A stretch of 62,062 nucleotides of DNA, counting the filler, from Babesia bigemina (Eukaryota), in assembly GCF_000981445.1 (NCBI RefSeq). It is 10 parts of 10 records of this genome, joined end to end, with 100 filler letters (N's around TTAATTAATTAA, not from the genome) between each part and the next. Parts side by side here need not be neighbours in the genome. Positions count along the whole stretch, not along the records: positions 19,074 to 25,298 come from NW_012237000.1; positions 25,399 to 31,588 come from NW_012237001.1; positions 31,689 to 38,873 come from NW_012237002.1; 7 more parts are not named here. One strand, 5' to 3'. The notes under the pieces were generated by a model. That model did no database searches. It was not told the origin of the DNA and was given only the letters and a program-made list of their open reading frames with translations. This document shows positions 23,201-36,357 of this stretch, in pieces (within the stretch, counting starts at the first letter, position 1; each line of letters opens with the position of its first letter). The position numbers and the translations under genes are program-made.

Positions 23201-25116
23201 CATTTCCTGTATTTGATAAGCGATCGTCGCAGGATCACTCCGGATTACTTAAGGATCTATTCGACTACCTCCACCTTTACTACCAAGTCTGCCACCTTTC
23301 CACCACCACGTCGAGGAAGCACCCGTCCTCCATCTACGATATGCTGTGCTGGCTTGCCGGACTAACGTATAGTACCGTGCACCAAGAATTGACACTTCAT
23401 GGTTTCGATAAGCTATTCAAGAAGCCTGAAAAGGTACCCGCACCAGGCGATGACCAAAAGGCTGTCACTGTCGTAACGGAAAATGATGATAACCTGGACA
23501 GCGACGTCCCTCTCCGTGTTGAGGCGGAAGGTTCCTTAGATGCCTATCCAAAAGCAATCACACCGTCAATGTTAACCGACATCCTTCCTGAAGTGTGCAC
23601 CTATTCCGAAATTGTTCTGATCGCGTTGCTGGGTCACGGTCACGGTGACGGGATTTACGCCTGCGACTTCAACACCAACCCGCAAGGCTTCCAGTATCCC
23701 ACCAACATGGACACCTTAGTGTGTATGCTATGCGAAATCGTAAACCGCCTGTACAACCAACTGTATTTCCTGTTAGATCAGTGCAAACGTTCAACTTCGA
23801 TGAGTGGCTGGCGTGAGTGCGAATATGGTCAAGGCGTCGGTGGCTCGGGTTGGCGGTGCAATGACCTAAGCTGCGGCGATTGCAACAGCGCCGAGAAATG
23901 CAAAAGGCACCCAAGGTGCGGCGTAAAATCACCTCTACAATCTTACTTAGAGGACGGGTTACGGGGCTTCCTACCGCATAACCTAGATGGGAACTCCGGC
24001 AAACTCAACTGCCCGGTCAAAAGCCATACCGACGGGCCATGTACAACGCCCATGGGCTTCAATGATATATCAACCGTGGCATCGCACAGGTACACTGGCA
24101 GGCATATTAGAGATGTGCTTGCTGCGTTCTGCGGCACTGCGTCATCTCCCCTCACTGCCCTGTGCTCTATGCTCCGTTGTGTGCTGCCCAGTGCTCCCAA
24201 AACATTTGATCAGATGTTCGCATTCTTCCAATGTTTGCTTGTCGACTGGAATGATCAGAGATTTAAATCACGTATAACGCACAGAGAAGAGGCGTTCAAC
24301 AGTGCCGTCATTGCTGCAAATTTTGAAAATCCCAGTACCCAGCTGGAAATCGCGCCCATGTTTGGAACTACAAGCCACAAATTCGGTAAGCATGCTGATG
24401 GTGCTCTCTACTCCCTGTTAAGCTGTAATCCGAGTTCCAACTCATCTCACGTCTGTGGTCCTTACATGAAGCCTATATGCTCCGAAGTCAGCACAACGTT
24501 CACCGTGAAGCACGCCGATCGGTATCTGTCATCCGTCCTGTATCTGACAGAATCATTCTATAATGTGCTTCAGCAATTGTTTGAGGAGTGCAATAGCAAG
24601 TGTGGCAAACCGGGGACTAGATGCAGTACGCAGAGCTGCGCAAAGGGCTGTGAAAGGCAACAGATAAAAAAAAGAAGTGCCGACCCGAGTCACGATCACG
24701 CCTGCATTTCTGTTGTTAGCTGCCAGTCGACGCTACCCATATTGTACAAGTATGGCTTTATATTCAACGACGCAGAATCGCTAAATGGAGCCAAGCGTAT
24801 CAACACCAAAAGGACGTGCGTTGAATTTTGCAAGACATTAGGGAATGTTGTCAAACAAGGAAGCGTGCTCTACAACCTTGTGCATAGAACAATTCCAGAA
24901 TTTCTATTCACCATCCGCGCCCCCTTCATCTGGCTCAACGTCGCCCTCTGGCTCCTCTCTCTCCTCTACCTCACCAACATCATGGTCATCCGCCTCGACC
25001 TGCTCCACATCAAATCGCATTTGCATAGTCCCTCATCTCATCGTATAGCTGCTCAATCACTCCTTGCCGCTGGACGTGTTAACAAGCTTAACAGAGTGTT
25101 TTATCTGCAACCATAA
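20227..25116 (+). CDS. ves1: ves-like gene, tail class A; leader ATGs out of frame
   Basis: 1629-codon frame: KALQDIESKLISLGHLAGQLGGF, NLCTGLEKFLGFN, CGVKSPLQSYLEDGL, TM, ...GRVNKLNRVFYLQP. Confidence 0.88.
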   Translation: MQDIESKLISLGHLAGQLGGFVGEGDSVKKAVQKALDILNKQLKECQNSKNNLPNSHVCQDPPNCQSIKEKMEKLKSLKEANENDKNNPNELLKNLCTGLEKFLGFNKDSKGYDGSGIVYSDLDRLSDGVMGFLSGVLSNIKDHLGQHKTQINEAIEVLKQNKHAGKNGFNDAIGQVVEGVGRYNTAVSVSNNLVKQEVKKLNDKVSDAFLKSVDNVLAEMRDKQNNLIPYQDKQVEQAVGQIDAKLEECKKNATAFINITDTERSVIKTSINDLNSDLKHKLENVRRTVEYESERLGRVKEQESKELKKTIEKIGEVMRTLKVDVDCKIGEDVRAFVSALKKKVTPIKESLTDANSRLAKYVFSLEQWIVNAEKIMSDAEKQVNIILSQIEENNPHKIPKQINEAAEQIGLAAHQLFDVGNAATDKVGEEVKQALEALKTMNNALKYDLGNVKHELQTKVNDVVEAIVSLGRQFNDGSSVLGRDTSDSAAAYVDKKIKQVTDMLEERLRWDDTSSSRFPGLGNGEVKLEKLSMYNKHVKQNDLSTDKPLEGLLPDAIKNIQTQVENAMQAAADPFSGIQSLSSKITYNLQALCDAIRKAADTDKESVKKKLTELKEIYFANYDPEKPKEGTNSIKKIQYDLEKLRDPVSEALKGATDLLDSYLAKADEHYTQLISDHVKKDIQKATDKLTTHARKTYVESIKFLLTEFAGKVRTELRDLPREIGADLKIGFKGFMKDFHVPLTNDLSSNDYTVHKLSYAFKLCFGPWQMLLEREIDRVDKEERKRKNRAPTVSEVTYTKKLKSVFGALDDVLMHFTGKNGYDHETHGKLDKLEAEIVGLKPETFAKPNTAILDSIAAGLTKFVSEMRSVYVSKYDRALLTDDLTTNHRIKVTSEKSEDTYDLTAYGKKCSKVCLTVFSILFNALVEMRTVCGQVGNVKRIYASTSDKKNPLGDFFKSNGYDVATDSLKQDGELRNHGECRSHNLLELLVAPFPVFDKRSSQDHSGLLKDLFDYLHLYYQVCHLSTTTSRKHPSSIYDMLCWLAGLTYSTVHQELTLHGFDKLFKKPEKVPAPGDDQKAVTVVTENDDNLDSDVPLRVEAEGSLDAYPKAITPSMLTDILPEVCTYSEIVLIALLGHGHGDGIYACDFNTNPQGFQYPTNMDTLVCMLCEIVNRLYNQLYFLLDQCKRSTSMSGWRECEYGQGVGGSGWRCNDLSCGDCNSAEKCKRHPRCGVKSPLQSYLEDGLRGFLPHNLDGNSGKLNCPVKSHTDGPCTTPMGFNDISTVASHRYTGRHIRDVLAAFCGTASSPLTALCSMLRCVLPSAPKTFDQMFAFFQCLLVDWNDQRFKSRITHREEAFNSAVIAANFENPSTQLEIAPMFGTTSHKFGKHADGALYSLLSCNPSSNSSHVCGPYMKPICSEVSTTFTVKHADRYLSSVLYLTESFYNVLQQLFEECNSKCGKPGTRCSTQSCAKGCERQQIKKRSADPSHDHACISVVSCQSTLPILYKYGFIFNDAESLNGAKRINTKRTCVEFCKTLGNVVKQGSVLYNLVHRTIPEFLFTIRAPFIWLNVALWLLSLLYLTNIMVIRLDLLHIKSHLHSPSSHRIAAQSLLAAGRVNKLNRVFYLQP

Positions 25117-25239
25117 TCGTACTCACGTGTTTACTACCTACACTCACCTAGCATCACCTACTCACCTATACAACTAATTGTTGTCTAATGTTTTGAATCA
25201 CTCATTAACCGTTGTATATGATTGTGTAATAGTTAACTA

Positions 25240-25298
25240 AAGTGTTGACCAAGGTGCTGACCAACGTGCTGACCAATGCCACGACCAAAGTGCTGACC
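25240..25298 (+). repeat. 12-bp repeat start (truncated by gap)
   Basis: GTGTTGACCAAG GTGCTGACCAAC units. Confidence 0.85.
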
Positions 25299-25398
25299 NN
25301 NNNNNNNNNNNNNNNNNNNNNNNNNNNNNNNNNNNNNNNNNNTTAATTAATTAANNNNNNNNNNNNNNNNNNNNNNNNNNNNNNNNNNNNNNNNNNNN

Positions 25399-25925
25399 TC
25401 GCTCCTAATCCACTCCACATCGCTCCCTTATCCACTCTACATCGCTCCCTAATCCACTCTACATCGCCCCTTATCCTCTCTACATCGCTCCCTAACCCAC
25501 TCTACATCGCCCCTTAACCCACTCTACATCGCCCCTTTATCCACTCTACATCGCTCCCTAACCCACTCTACATCGCCCCTTATCCACTGAACATCGCCCC
25601 TTTATCCACTCTACATCGCCCCTTAATCCACCCTACATCGCCCCTTTATCCACTCCACATCGCTCCCTAATCCACTCCACATCGCCCCTTTACCCACCCT
25701 ACATCGCCCCTTTATCCACTCTACATCGCCCCTTCACCCACTCTACATCGCTCCCTAACCCACTCTACATCGCTCCCTAATCCACTCCACATCGCCCCTT
25801 TATCCACTCTACATCGCCCCTTAACCCACTCTACATCGCCCCCTTATCCACTCTACATCGCCCCTGTGTCCACTCTACATCGCCCCTTAACCCACTCTAC
25901 ATCGCCCCTTTATCCACTCTACAAC
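25399..25925 (+). repeat. 22-bp tandem repeat array
   Basis: Same unit. Confidence 0.96.
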
Positions 25926-25953
25926 CCTTGAATTATTTCGCCATAATACCGCT

Positions 25954-28900
25954 ATGACCTCTCTAAACCATAGCAATAACTTGTGCCTTGTCACCCTTCA
26001 CTTCCCCTCTTCCACCTCTTGCCACTGCCCTAACCATGTGCCGCCTAGGGAGCTTGACAAGAAATTTGACAAAATTTAAAACCTTAAAAACACCTCAAAT
26101 AATGACCCTACTAACCTCCTTAATAACCTCTGCACCGGCCTCGAAACCTTCCTCGGCTTCAATCCATCCTCCAAAGGCTACACTGGCCAGGGGATTGTCT
26201 ACTCTGACCTTGACAGGCTGTGTGACGGGGTGATGGGATTTTTGTATCAGGTGCTTAAAGATGTCAGCGAGAAACAGCCTTACGAAACAGGTAAGAAATT
26301 TATAGATACATTAATTAATGATCATTTAGAGCCTAATTTGAATCTAGGTCACGATGGTTTTTGCAAGGCGTTTCCCACATTAAGCCTGAACGTCGACAGG
26401 TACAATAAGCAAGTGAAGTCGTCGAATGAAAGCATTAAGAATAAAATAAAGAATTTCGGTAGAGAAATGCAGCAACTTAACAAAACGGTAAGTGAAATTT
26501 CAATTGATAATTCTCTTGCAGATGACGCCGAGCAAAGTGGACTGAACGAGGACTTGGTGAAGAAGAGCTTGGCAGATTGTCAGCGGAAAGCTGAAAACTT
26601 CACTAATGACTTAGATGTCCAAAATAGCCACAATAGCAACAAAGACGCAATTAATGATTTTAACGAAAAGTTGCGTGACAAAATTGTGAGTGTCCATCAG
26701 ACGCTGGTGCATGAAAAAAATCGGCTGAGCGAGTTAGCGAAAAAGGAGGAAGAGAAGTTGGCGGCGACTAAGGATAAGATTACTGCCACTCTTGATGGCG
26801 TCAAAAGCAAGGTCAACGATCACATTTGCAAGGAAGTAAATACTCTTGTCACGCACTTCACGAAAAAAATTCAGGTCATTTTGCAGAAGCTCAACGATAT
26901 CAATGGTCAGCTGAAGACATACATCGGTGAGCTGGAAAGGTGGATCAGGGATGCGGAGAGTTCCGTCATTACTGTCCAAGGGCATTTGGATATCATACTG
27001 AAAGAGTTTGATAAGGAGGATAAGAGCATTAAACCGGAGAAAATACGTGAAGAAGCCAAGAAGCTACAGTCAGCGGGCGATAACCTGTTTGCGCTTGCGA
27101 GAGAGGCGAAGAATAAAGTAATCGAGGAGGTGAAAACAGCGCTTGAGGCTGTAAGAACGATGGACGGGGAATTGAAAGAGGATCTGTATAAGGTGAAGCA
27201 GGCAATTGAAGGGCAGGTAAAGGAGATTAAAAGTAATATAGGGGAACTCGGTAGAAAATATATTAGTGTTGGAGACACTGCTAAAACTCTGGAAGAGATA
27301 TTCGTAAAGTTTAGGGATCAGGTTAAGAAAATTCATGGAGGGCCAAGGAACGAAAGTGGTATTGGTGCAATGAAAAGTAAAACAAACAGTTATGGCGCGA
27401 GTTTCACAATGAATTTTTGGGGTGACGTTTTAAAAAAATGGTTGGACGATATTCTGGGAACGGAGCCTACGAGAAGGGGTGAACCGCGGAAAAAAGGGTA
27501 TCTTGAGGATTATCTCACTGTGTATGCTGGGGGCTATGTCAAGAATAATACAGATGTGAAGTTTAACTCCGGTAAAAACCGTGAAGATGAAATCATCAAA
27601 GTTCTTAAGGAGCAGATAGAAAAAAAATTCACGGAAGAGGCATCTGAGGCCGGTGATCTGATTAATCAAAAAATTAGAGAAGCCAAAGGCGCCGCTCAGA
27701 AAAACCTTGAAGCTATCCAGAGTGGTTGCAATGTTTTTGCCACGAGAATAGGTGAGAAGCTTCATACCAAGGTTGCAGAGATTGTTGGAGCAGTAGAAGA
27801 TGTACTTGTGGGAAATAGGCAAGGTGCCACTAAAAAAAATGATCTATTATACGCGGTCGAAGTAACGCTCCTAGTGCTTCACTCAAAAGTCAGGCAAGCT
27901 GCTAAAGAACTCCACTCATTCGCCCTCGACCCCAAAGTGTCTAGTAAGCCTGAGACCAGTATAGCAGCTTACTTGGACGACGCGTTTGCTGTGGCTGATG
28001 AGTTCTACGATAACCTCAAAACGTCACTTAAAGATACTGCTGCACAGAATAAAAACCACGTCAAAGCCGTGGACAATGCTATCTCGGCAATAAGCGCTGT
28101 GACTACCAAGCACATCGGGACTGATCCGTTAACAGGTGGCGGCGATTCGATCGATAAAATATCTGGTCTCGGTGAAGCAGGGTTTTTGAAATATAAAATG
28201 CAAGTTAAAGAAGACAGTATAGCCACATCCGCCGGCGACATAGAAAACCTAGATGGAACCCTTCCTAAAGCGATCAAGAACATTAGGGATGAAATTAAAG
28301 CTATTTTAAAAATGATCGAACCTGAAAAAACCCTCACCGGTGGCACAGATGAGATAAACGCTGAAACCTTTAACGATCCATTCAAAAAAATAACCGACGA
28401 CCTGGAATCCCTGTGCACGACCATCAGAGAGGTTGGAGGCCACGCCCGAGACAACCTAAGACTTTTGAAGAATACGTATTTTAGCGAAACATCAAATCTC
28501 AGAGGTAGTATATACAAAATCAAGCAAGATCTCACCGATCTGCAGAAGAGTTTGGAGACTGGTCTGATTAAAACTACCACGGATGTCTTGAACGGCATGA
28601 TTCCAACTCGAGACGCCACCATCACGTTGCTTGACAACCAAGTTCAACAGGAGGTTAAGATTGCTAGGAACGCTCTAAACATCCACGCGCAGAAGCAGTA
28701 CATTGAGTCACTGAAAGAGCTGCTGACGGCATTCTCTCGAAAGGTCCAAAAGGAACTCGAACTTTTGCCGAGAGACATTTCACGTGACTTAACCCTTGGT
28801 TTCAAAGGTTTTATGACGGCATTTGAACGGGATTTCATTACTAACGAAAAGTCAATTAGAGGTATTAGAGACATGAACCCTAAGTTCACACCTCAAAAGG

Positions 28901-31428
28901 AGTCCCTGCTAAGCCAGGCTGCTTCCAAATTCTTCGGTAGCGTCAACAGATTTCTGCATGATTTGCATAAACAGCAGGACTTTACGACGGACTTTGAGAA
29001 AATTCAGCCAACGCGTGAGGCGCTAGCTAAGTTGTTTGGAGAACTTGTCGGTTCACAACACTTCGATCATGTCTTCACCAAAAACCTCGATGCCCTCAAT
29101 AATGCCATCACCTCCTTCAAGCCCGCTACCTACGGCGAAGCCAAGTGCCCCTCACTCCTCAATGCTCTTAAAGCTGGCTTCACCCCTCTCGTCAAAGAGC
29201 TCAAGAAGGCATACGTTTCAACGTATTCTTTGAGGACCATCGAATGGGAGAAACTCACCGAGGCGGAAAGTAGAAACTACGCCAAAATCTGTTGGACCAT
29301 CACGCCCATCTTATACGACGCTCTAACTGAACTCAAGAATAGACTTGAATACAGCGGTTGGGATGGCCACAAAATCTATCACCCAGCTGACGGCACCTCA
29401 AGCCTCCACGCTCTCTTCTTCCGCGACAACGGGTATGACGTCCGTCGTCCTGAGAACGCTGAGCACGGCGAGCTGAATCACAGACAAGACTTCAATGGTA
29501 GCAGCATTCTCAAACACCTAAACAATAAAACGCATAATTTGTTCAGTCATCTGTCATCTCCCGTCACCGACATTCCTCAATCGACATCCGGGTCGGACGA
29601 GCTTGATGTAACCATCGCGGAGGAAAGTGGTCTCATCCGAAAACTCTATGATTTCTTAAAGACGTACTTCAGAGTCTGCCACCTTACCCGTGTTGACAAA
29701 CCCAGGGCTCCGTGCTCCGTTTACGAAATTCTCGTCTGGTGCAACGGTCTGCAGTTCAACCCCGTGTACGGCAAACTGATGAAGCACATTGAGTCTGAGT
29801 TCATGAAGGAGGACAAGCTGAATCCAGGTTCAAAGAAGCTGCAGCCTTTCGATGCGCACCCATCTCGCTTCCATCACACTGACGTTAACGAATATCTGTA
29901 CAAGGTCTCATCTGACTCCCACGCCGTCCTCACCGCTATCCTAGGCCACGGTCACAAGGACGGAATTTACGCCTGTGATTTCTCCAGCAACTCGCTGAAA
30001 TTAGATTACCCTACCAGCATGATTCAGCTGCTGTGTACGTTGTTCGACCTGCTCAAGCGCCTCTACCACCAGCTGTACTTCCTGATGCAGCAGTGTCAAC
30101 TTACAACTCAGCTCAGCGGCTGGAGGGAGTGCCACTACGGCAGGTACATCGGTGGGTCCGGCTGGCAGTGCAACACGAAGCAGTGCCCTAAGCAAGACTG
30201 CGACCAACGGCATGACCAAAGTGGCAACCAAACGGGTGGCCAATATCCCAACTGCGGCGTCAAGTCGCCACTGCAATCGTTCTTGGAGGACGGTTTGAAA
30301 GGCCACCTGCCGCATTCGGTTACGGCTAGGGGATCCAGTCTGTCATGTGGCACGTGTGGTAGTACACCTGGTATGCCGTGCCGAACTCCGATGGGCTTCG
30401 CTGACATCGGTGCCACCGCGTCGCATACGATGATGGGCCGCAATATATGCGAGGTGCTTTACGATTTTTGTGGCCGTCCTAACTCCCCTCTCACTAGACT
30501 GTGCAGTTACCTCAACTGCCTTTTGCCTAGTGCGCCGAAAACGCTGGCGGACATGTTCAGCTTCTACCATCACCTCACCGATCGCTGGGGTATGCACGGT
30601 AACAAACACAAGAAAGAGGCATTTGAGGAGAAAGTTAAAGCAGCTAATTTCGGACGTCAGTATAATGAGCTGAACGTCTACCACTTATTTACCCCTAGTC
30701 ACTCGGCATTGAAGAAGGGCCACTCCGATGGTAGCCTGGGCAGTCTCGTATGCTTATCAAGGGAAGCCATCGTATGCGGTCCTTATCTGCGTCCCATCAG
30801 TCACACCATCTACGAGACGTTCTCGTCAGAACACGCCGATAAGTATCTGTCCTGGATTGTCTATCTGACGGCATCGTTCTACGATCTGCTGAAGAAACTG
30901 TATGATGAGTGCAATTCCAAATGCGGTTCCAGGGGATCGAATTGCCATGAAAAGGCGTGCATCAAAGATTGTAGAACTACATCCAAACATGATCCACCAC
31001 GATATCACGATCCCAAATGCAAATCCATTGTAAAGTGCAATTCCACGCTGCCGACATTGGCGAAGTACGGCTTCGTTCTCGGCGATCCAGAGAGGCTGAA
31101 CGGAAGTGCAGGCATTGAGAAAAAACGCACGTGCAGAGATTTCTGTACAGTATTCGCGGAGTCATTTGAGAAGGACTCACATCTTGTGCAGTTATTCAAA
31201 GCCATTGATAATTTCATGTTCACCATCCGCTCACCGTTCCTGTGGATGACCGTGGCGCTCTGGTCACTATCCCTCTTCTACCTCATCTGCGTAATGGTTG
31301 GCAGGCTGGATGTGCTCCACATACGCTCACACCTGAGGATACCGTCATCGCACAGGATAACGGCGCAGTCATTGTTGGCTGCAGCGCAAGTCGGAAGGCT
31401 TGCCAAGATATCCTACCTGCAACCGTAA
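25954..31428 (+). CDS. ves1: ves-like gene, tail class B; leader ATG 25954 in frame but TAA at 26077-26079
   Basis: MTSLNHSNNLCLV...KKFDKI*NLKNTSNNDPTNLLNNLCTGLETFLGFN, then open frame to HIRSHLRIPSSHRITAQSLLAAAQVGRLAKISYLQP. Confidence 0.88.
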
Positions 31429-31688
31429 TTGTAATCACGTCTGTAATTCACAGTAACTCACGTAACTACTCACCTACTCACCTAACCGACAAACGTAGTC
31501 TAATGTTTTTGATTACTCTAGCGCAACCTGTGAACTAAATAGCACCTAGATTAGGTTACGACTGAACGACCAAGCAAAGTGCTAACCTNNNNNNNNNNNN
31601 NNNNNNNNNNNNNNNNNNNNNNNNNNNNNNNNTTAATTAATTAANNNNNNNNNNNNNNNNNNNNNNNNNNNNNNNNNNNNNNNNNNNN

Positions 31689-34600
31689 TCATCGAGAGGC
31701 TGATAGGGTCAGCACGTTCAGCCGCAGGGTGCCTTTCGCCGTTACCACCATGATTGCTATTGTAGGCGTTACTCAGCGCGTTGGTGAGTTGTGCGGTGTC
31801 GTTATACAGGGCAATCGATTGTTCTTTAATGCACTCTTTCACCCACGTCAGAGGCAAAGGAACTATTTTGCTATGCCAACCCTTCGTGAGGGATAACGTG
31901 AATTCAAAGTGTTCCGGCAATGTGGATGGCGGTTTGGGTATGACGCAGAGTAGCGTTGTAAGATGGGCGTTGGCAAAGAATTTGGTCAGCACGTTACATA
32001 TGTCTTTCCCTGTTTTCGTGGATCCCGAGAAACCTCTGAATCCAAGCGGTGTTAAACACGGCTGCCCAGGCAGGTTTTTAGGGCACGTTGAACAGGATGA
32101 TTTGCAGTCAACATTGGTAACATGATGCGGTAAATGACCAGGAAGACTGTCTTTTAGGTACGACATCAACGGAGACGTAGGTTGACAATCAACTTTGGTT
32201 TTGGAGTGATCACTGCAGTGCCAGTTGGAAGAGTCGATAGTTGTGCCGTAGCGGCACTGATACCAACCGTACTCGGACGCCATGTTTCTACAACGGTTAT
32301 GCAAGAATCTGAATACAGGTAATAATCGACGAAGTAATTCGATCAACATGGTCAGACAATCCGCAGCTGATGATGGGTAAACGAAAGAAGGTGCGTTGCA
32401 GTAGTAGTCAACTGCGTACATTGAGTACGCATCTCCGTAGCCAACAACAGTTGTGAGCACTGTGGGAGCAAGGGACGTAATATGCGTTATTGCATCATGT
32501 AAATCACTGCGCTTAATTTTCTGTGGATAGGCATTCAAGGTATTTGGAGTTTGATCTTCTAGAGAGATGCCGTCTAAACTAATGCTCTCCGTTTTTGCCT
32601 CTTTTGGCTTGTCGAATAGGTCGGCGAAATCATCCGACATGAGGTCGAGATATACAGCGTTGTATGGCAAGCCGCTAAGCCAACGGAGCATTTCATATAT
32701 GGAACATGGGCGGCGAGTTGAGGAGAAAGTGGGTAGTTGACAGACACGGTAATAGGTGGGAAGGTAATCGTACAAGTTTTGAAACGCGTTTTTAGTATCT
32801 TCACGAGAATTGTAAACATGACTGAAACCTCCGACAAGTGTACTATATATGTGCTTACCGTCGCATTCTGCCTTGTTACGCAGCTCCCCGTTCTGGTGGG
32901 AATCGTGATTAGATACAGTGTAACCGCAATTGCTTAAGAACGTGCCCATACTGCTGCCTGAATATATTCTACGGTTGTGCCATTTGGAGATGCATTGGTT
33001 CTTTAAATAGCTCAGGTCTTCATGCATCATTTCAAAGATGGACATAAACACCTTGGACAACTGAGTGCCATACGGCGTTAATTTATCTTTTTCCACGAGC
33101 TCAGCACCGAACGTCTCACTATCATACACGCTCACGTACGCCTTGGCTAGCTCATCGTGCAACGCCTGCACGCCCGTTTTAAGACACTCGAGCAGGGGGT
33201 TGCTCTCTTCGGCGTAGGATGCGGGGCGGATGAGACTTAGGAGAGTAGCGACTGATGACAGATTATTTTTGAAATTGCTATCGTACTTGGTAAGGCCGGT
33301 AAGAAGAGCGTGAAACGCGTTTGAGAATTTGGAAATGTAATCAGCAGGCATGATGTCGGTATTGGTGTTGAGTCTGTCGAAGAAATCGGTGAAAAAAGGT
33401 TTGGCATTAAAAACCAAGGTAGACACATCACCGTCTTCAGGTACATAGGTTACCAATCTACTGGATTCTAGCGCGGTTTGAAAGACGTTCATGAAACCTT
33501 TGATACGTTTTTCGCCGTCTTTCTCGATCTCGGTGGGCAGGCCGTCAAGTTCGTTAATTGTCTTGGTGGCGAACTCTTGTAGCTGTAACTTCATGAATAC
33601 AACATATTTTGTTTGCATAATTTCTGTGATTGCATTCTTGGCGCCACCAACTTGTTCAGTAACAAACGTGTTCAGTTGGCTAATTAAGTCACTGCATTCA
33701 GATTTGACGAAAGCATTTATTGACCCTGTCGTAGCGATCAAGGGATGCAGCTGAATACTTTGTAATGCATTGAGATCATCTCGGAGTTTTCGAAGAGTTT
33801 CAGGAATGTCTGCCGTTTTCGTTGATATTAATGCTTTTATTTTGTTCAATTTAGCCTTCGCACTGTCGAAATCACTGTCGGCTGCTTGTATTATTGCATT
33901 ACAGAGTGACTGTAACGTTCCATGAACAATCTCATTTGCGCTTCGAGTTATTTCGTTAGCATTTGCCTGCTCAGTTTCGACGGCAAGTTGAATGGGCTGC
34001 AAAACTTCGTTGCCCAGTTTCCGAACTTTTCCATATACTGTTTGTTGCTCGGCACCGTGACTTTTTTCTCCTATCTGCACGACGTATTCTGCCATTTGTT
34101 TTCTAAACTTATCAGGATTACTCAGATAGTTTTCCAACTGTACGCCTATTTCACCTCTGAGGTAGTCGCTAGATAGCAGTGTACTGAGCTCTTTGATTTT
34201 ATTTTTGACTACTCCTAGTTCAGTTTCGATCTTGTTGCCGTACAAGGAGTCGGCGGCGCCGTTAGTCTGCCTGCCGAATTCAATGATGTCCGCTATAGCA
34301 CCCTCCAAGTTATTTCCAAGATTATATTCCTCATCACCGTCATCCTCCTCAGAATCGCCGATAAACGATGGAATCTCCAGAGAGATGCCTTTGGCAACGC
34401 CTAACAGTTGGTAGAGAGTAAGCTGAACGGCGTTCGTGAGAAGGTACTTATTTTTGCTGCTTTCTCTTGCGTTGGTTAATATACCACTGTCACCTTGCTC
34501 GACCTCTTTCGTTATCTTGTCGGCGAAAGTATCATTATACTTTGTCACGTCTTGCTTAATCTTCTGTTGCAGCTTCTCCGCAAAAGTTATACAAATGACA

Positions 34601-36329
34601 TGAACTCTGTCAACATGCCTCGCAATCTCAGTTTCGCCAGTAGGGCTCTGCGCCATTTGCACAGATTCATCAATAATATCAGTTCCCTTCTTAATCATTT
34701 CAACGATAACTTCACTGATCTTGCCAATGAGTGCTTTGTAATATAATGCACCGCCAAGACTCTCGTCTCTATCTTGTTTTTTATAAGCACCTTTTATAGC
34801 GTTATGCTGATTGTCGCTTACTACATATTTACCAATCCATGCATTCACAGGGTCGTGTTTTAAAATGTCAACAATCCATCCCTCTACTATAGCCTCAAAA
34901 GCATGCTTGTCAGTAAAATGGCCGGCATATTTGCCGACATTCTGAACAATCTGCTGAAGCTTTCCTTGCTTCGCCGGACCCTTCTTCGTCAAACCTTCAA
35001 CAAGCTGTTTGATTTTCTCTTTAAGACCCTTCCAATTCTTCATAACACCGCCTTTGCCGTTATCTCCTACATTGTATTTAATCAGTGTGAAGCAATCCTG
35101 CGCCTCTTTTACATACTTCTCAATTATCTCTTGAATGCTCTTCTTCAGCACCTGCAAATCTCTTTGAATCTTCACGTCCAATCCACCCACCGCATCAGTA
35201 ACATTTTTGACTAATGAACCTAGCGCACTCTTGGCAACTTCGTAGGCTTTATACAGAGCTAATGCTTTGTCCTTCAATTTTTCGACGGCTAATATTACAT
35301 CGTCTTTATTCCGCTTTCCATCACTACCACTGGCTTCTTTTACAACTTCCGTTACTTTCGTTAACGCCTCATCAACGACAGCCGCTGCTTTTTCCATCCA
35401 TTTTCTCAACTCGTCAACATACTGTGCTAACCAGCCGTCAACTTCCGTAATTTTCTGTTTGAGTTCTTCAATTTTAACATATATGCCATTAGCAAATTCG
35501 CCGATTTTTTTCTCAGCGGTTTCATTAATTAAATTGTCAGCAAGATTTAGCTGAATACCTACCAACTCCATCTGTGCTAATAAATCACCCTTCTGTTGCT
35601 TATATATTGCACTCAGCCTTTCACGCTGGTATCTAATTATATCAGTCGCGTGATTTACATCATTTTCTATTTCATTTCGAAGATCCTTAATATTATTGTT
35701 TTTTTGGGTGTCCATGTCGCGACAATACTGCTCCGCCTTCTGGATGCACTCCTCAACTTTACTATCAATTTGGCTGATATTGTTGTGATCATTATAAGTT
35801 GCAACAGCAGCCGGTATTTTCTTCATGTAATTACATAACTCATTGATCGCGTTCTGAACACTCGCATTTGACTTTTTAACTCCCTTATTATACCCCCCCA
35901 CCCCTTTAACCACCTTTCCAATCGCAACACTAAAACCGTTTTTACCGGCGTGTTTATTGGTGTCAAGTAGCTTAATTACAGGTGTAATTGTCTCTTTATG
36001 CTGCCCTAAATTGCCTTGGATGTTACTGAGAACACCACTCAAAAATCCCATCACCCCGTCACACAGCCTATCCAGGTCGGAGTACACAATCCCAGTGCCG
36101 TCGTAGCCTTTGGAAGATGGATTGAAGCCGAGGAAGGTTTTGAGGCCAGTACAAAGGTTATTAAGGATGTTAGTAGGGTTGTTATTTAAGGTAATTTCGC
36201 ACATTTTATTTTCATCAAATTTCTTGCCAAGCTCCCTGAGCGGCACATGGTCAGGGCAGTGGCAAGAGGTGGAAGAGGGAAGAGAAGGGTGACAAGGGAC
36301 AAGTTATTGTTATGGTTTATAGAGGTCAT
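31689..36329 (-). CDS. ves1: ves-like gene, 3' truncated by gap; leader ATG (36329) shifted out of frame by a 1-bp deletion near 36280
   Basis: Open frame from CHCPDHVPLRELGKKFDE...NNLCTGLKTFLGFN through SPLMSYLKDSLPGHLPH to the gap. Confidence 0.85.
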
Positions 36330-36357
36330 AGCGGTAATATGGCGAGGTAATTCGAAG

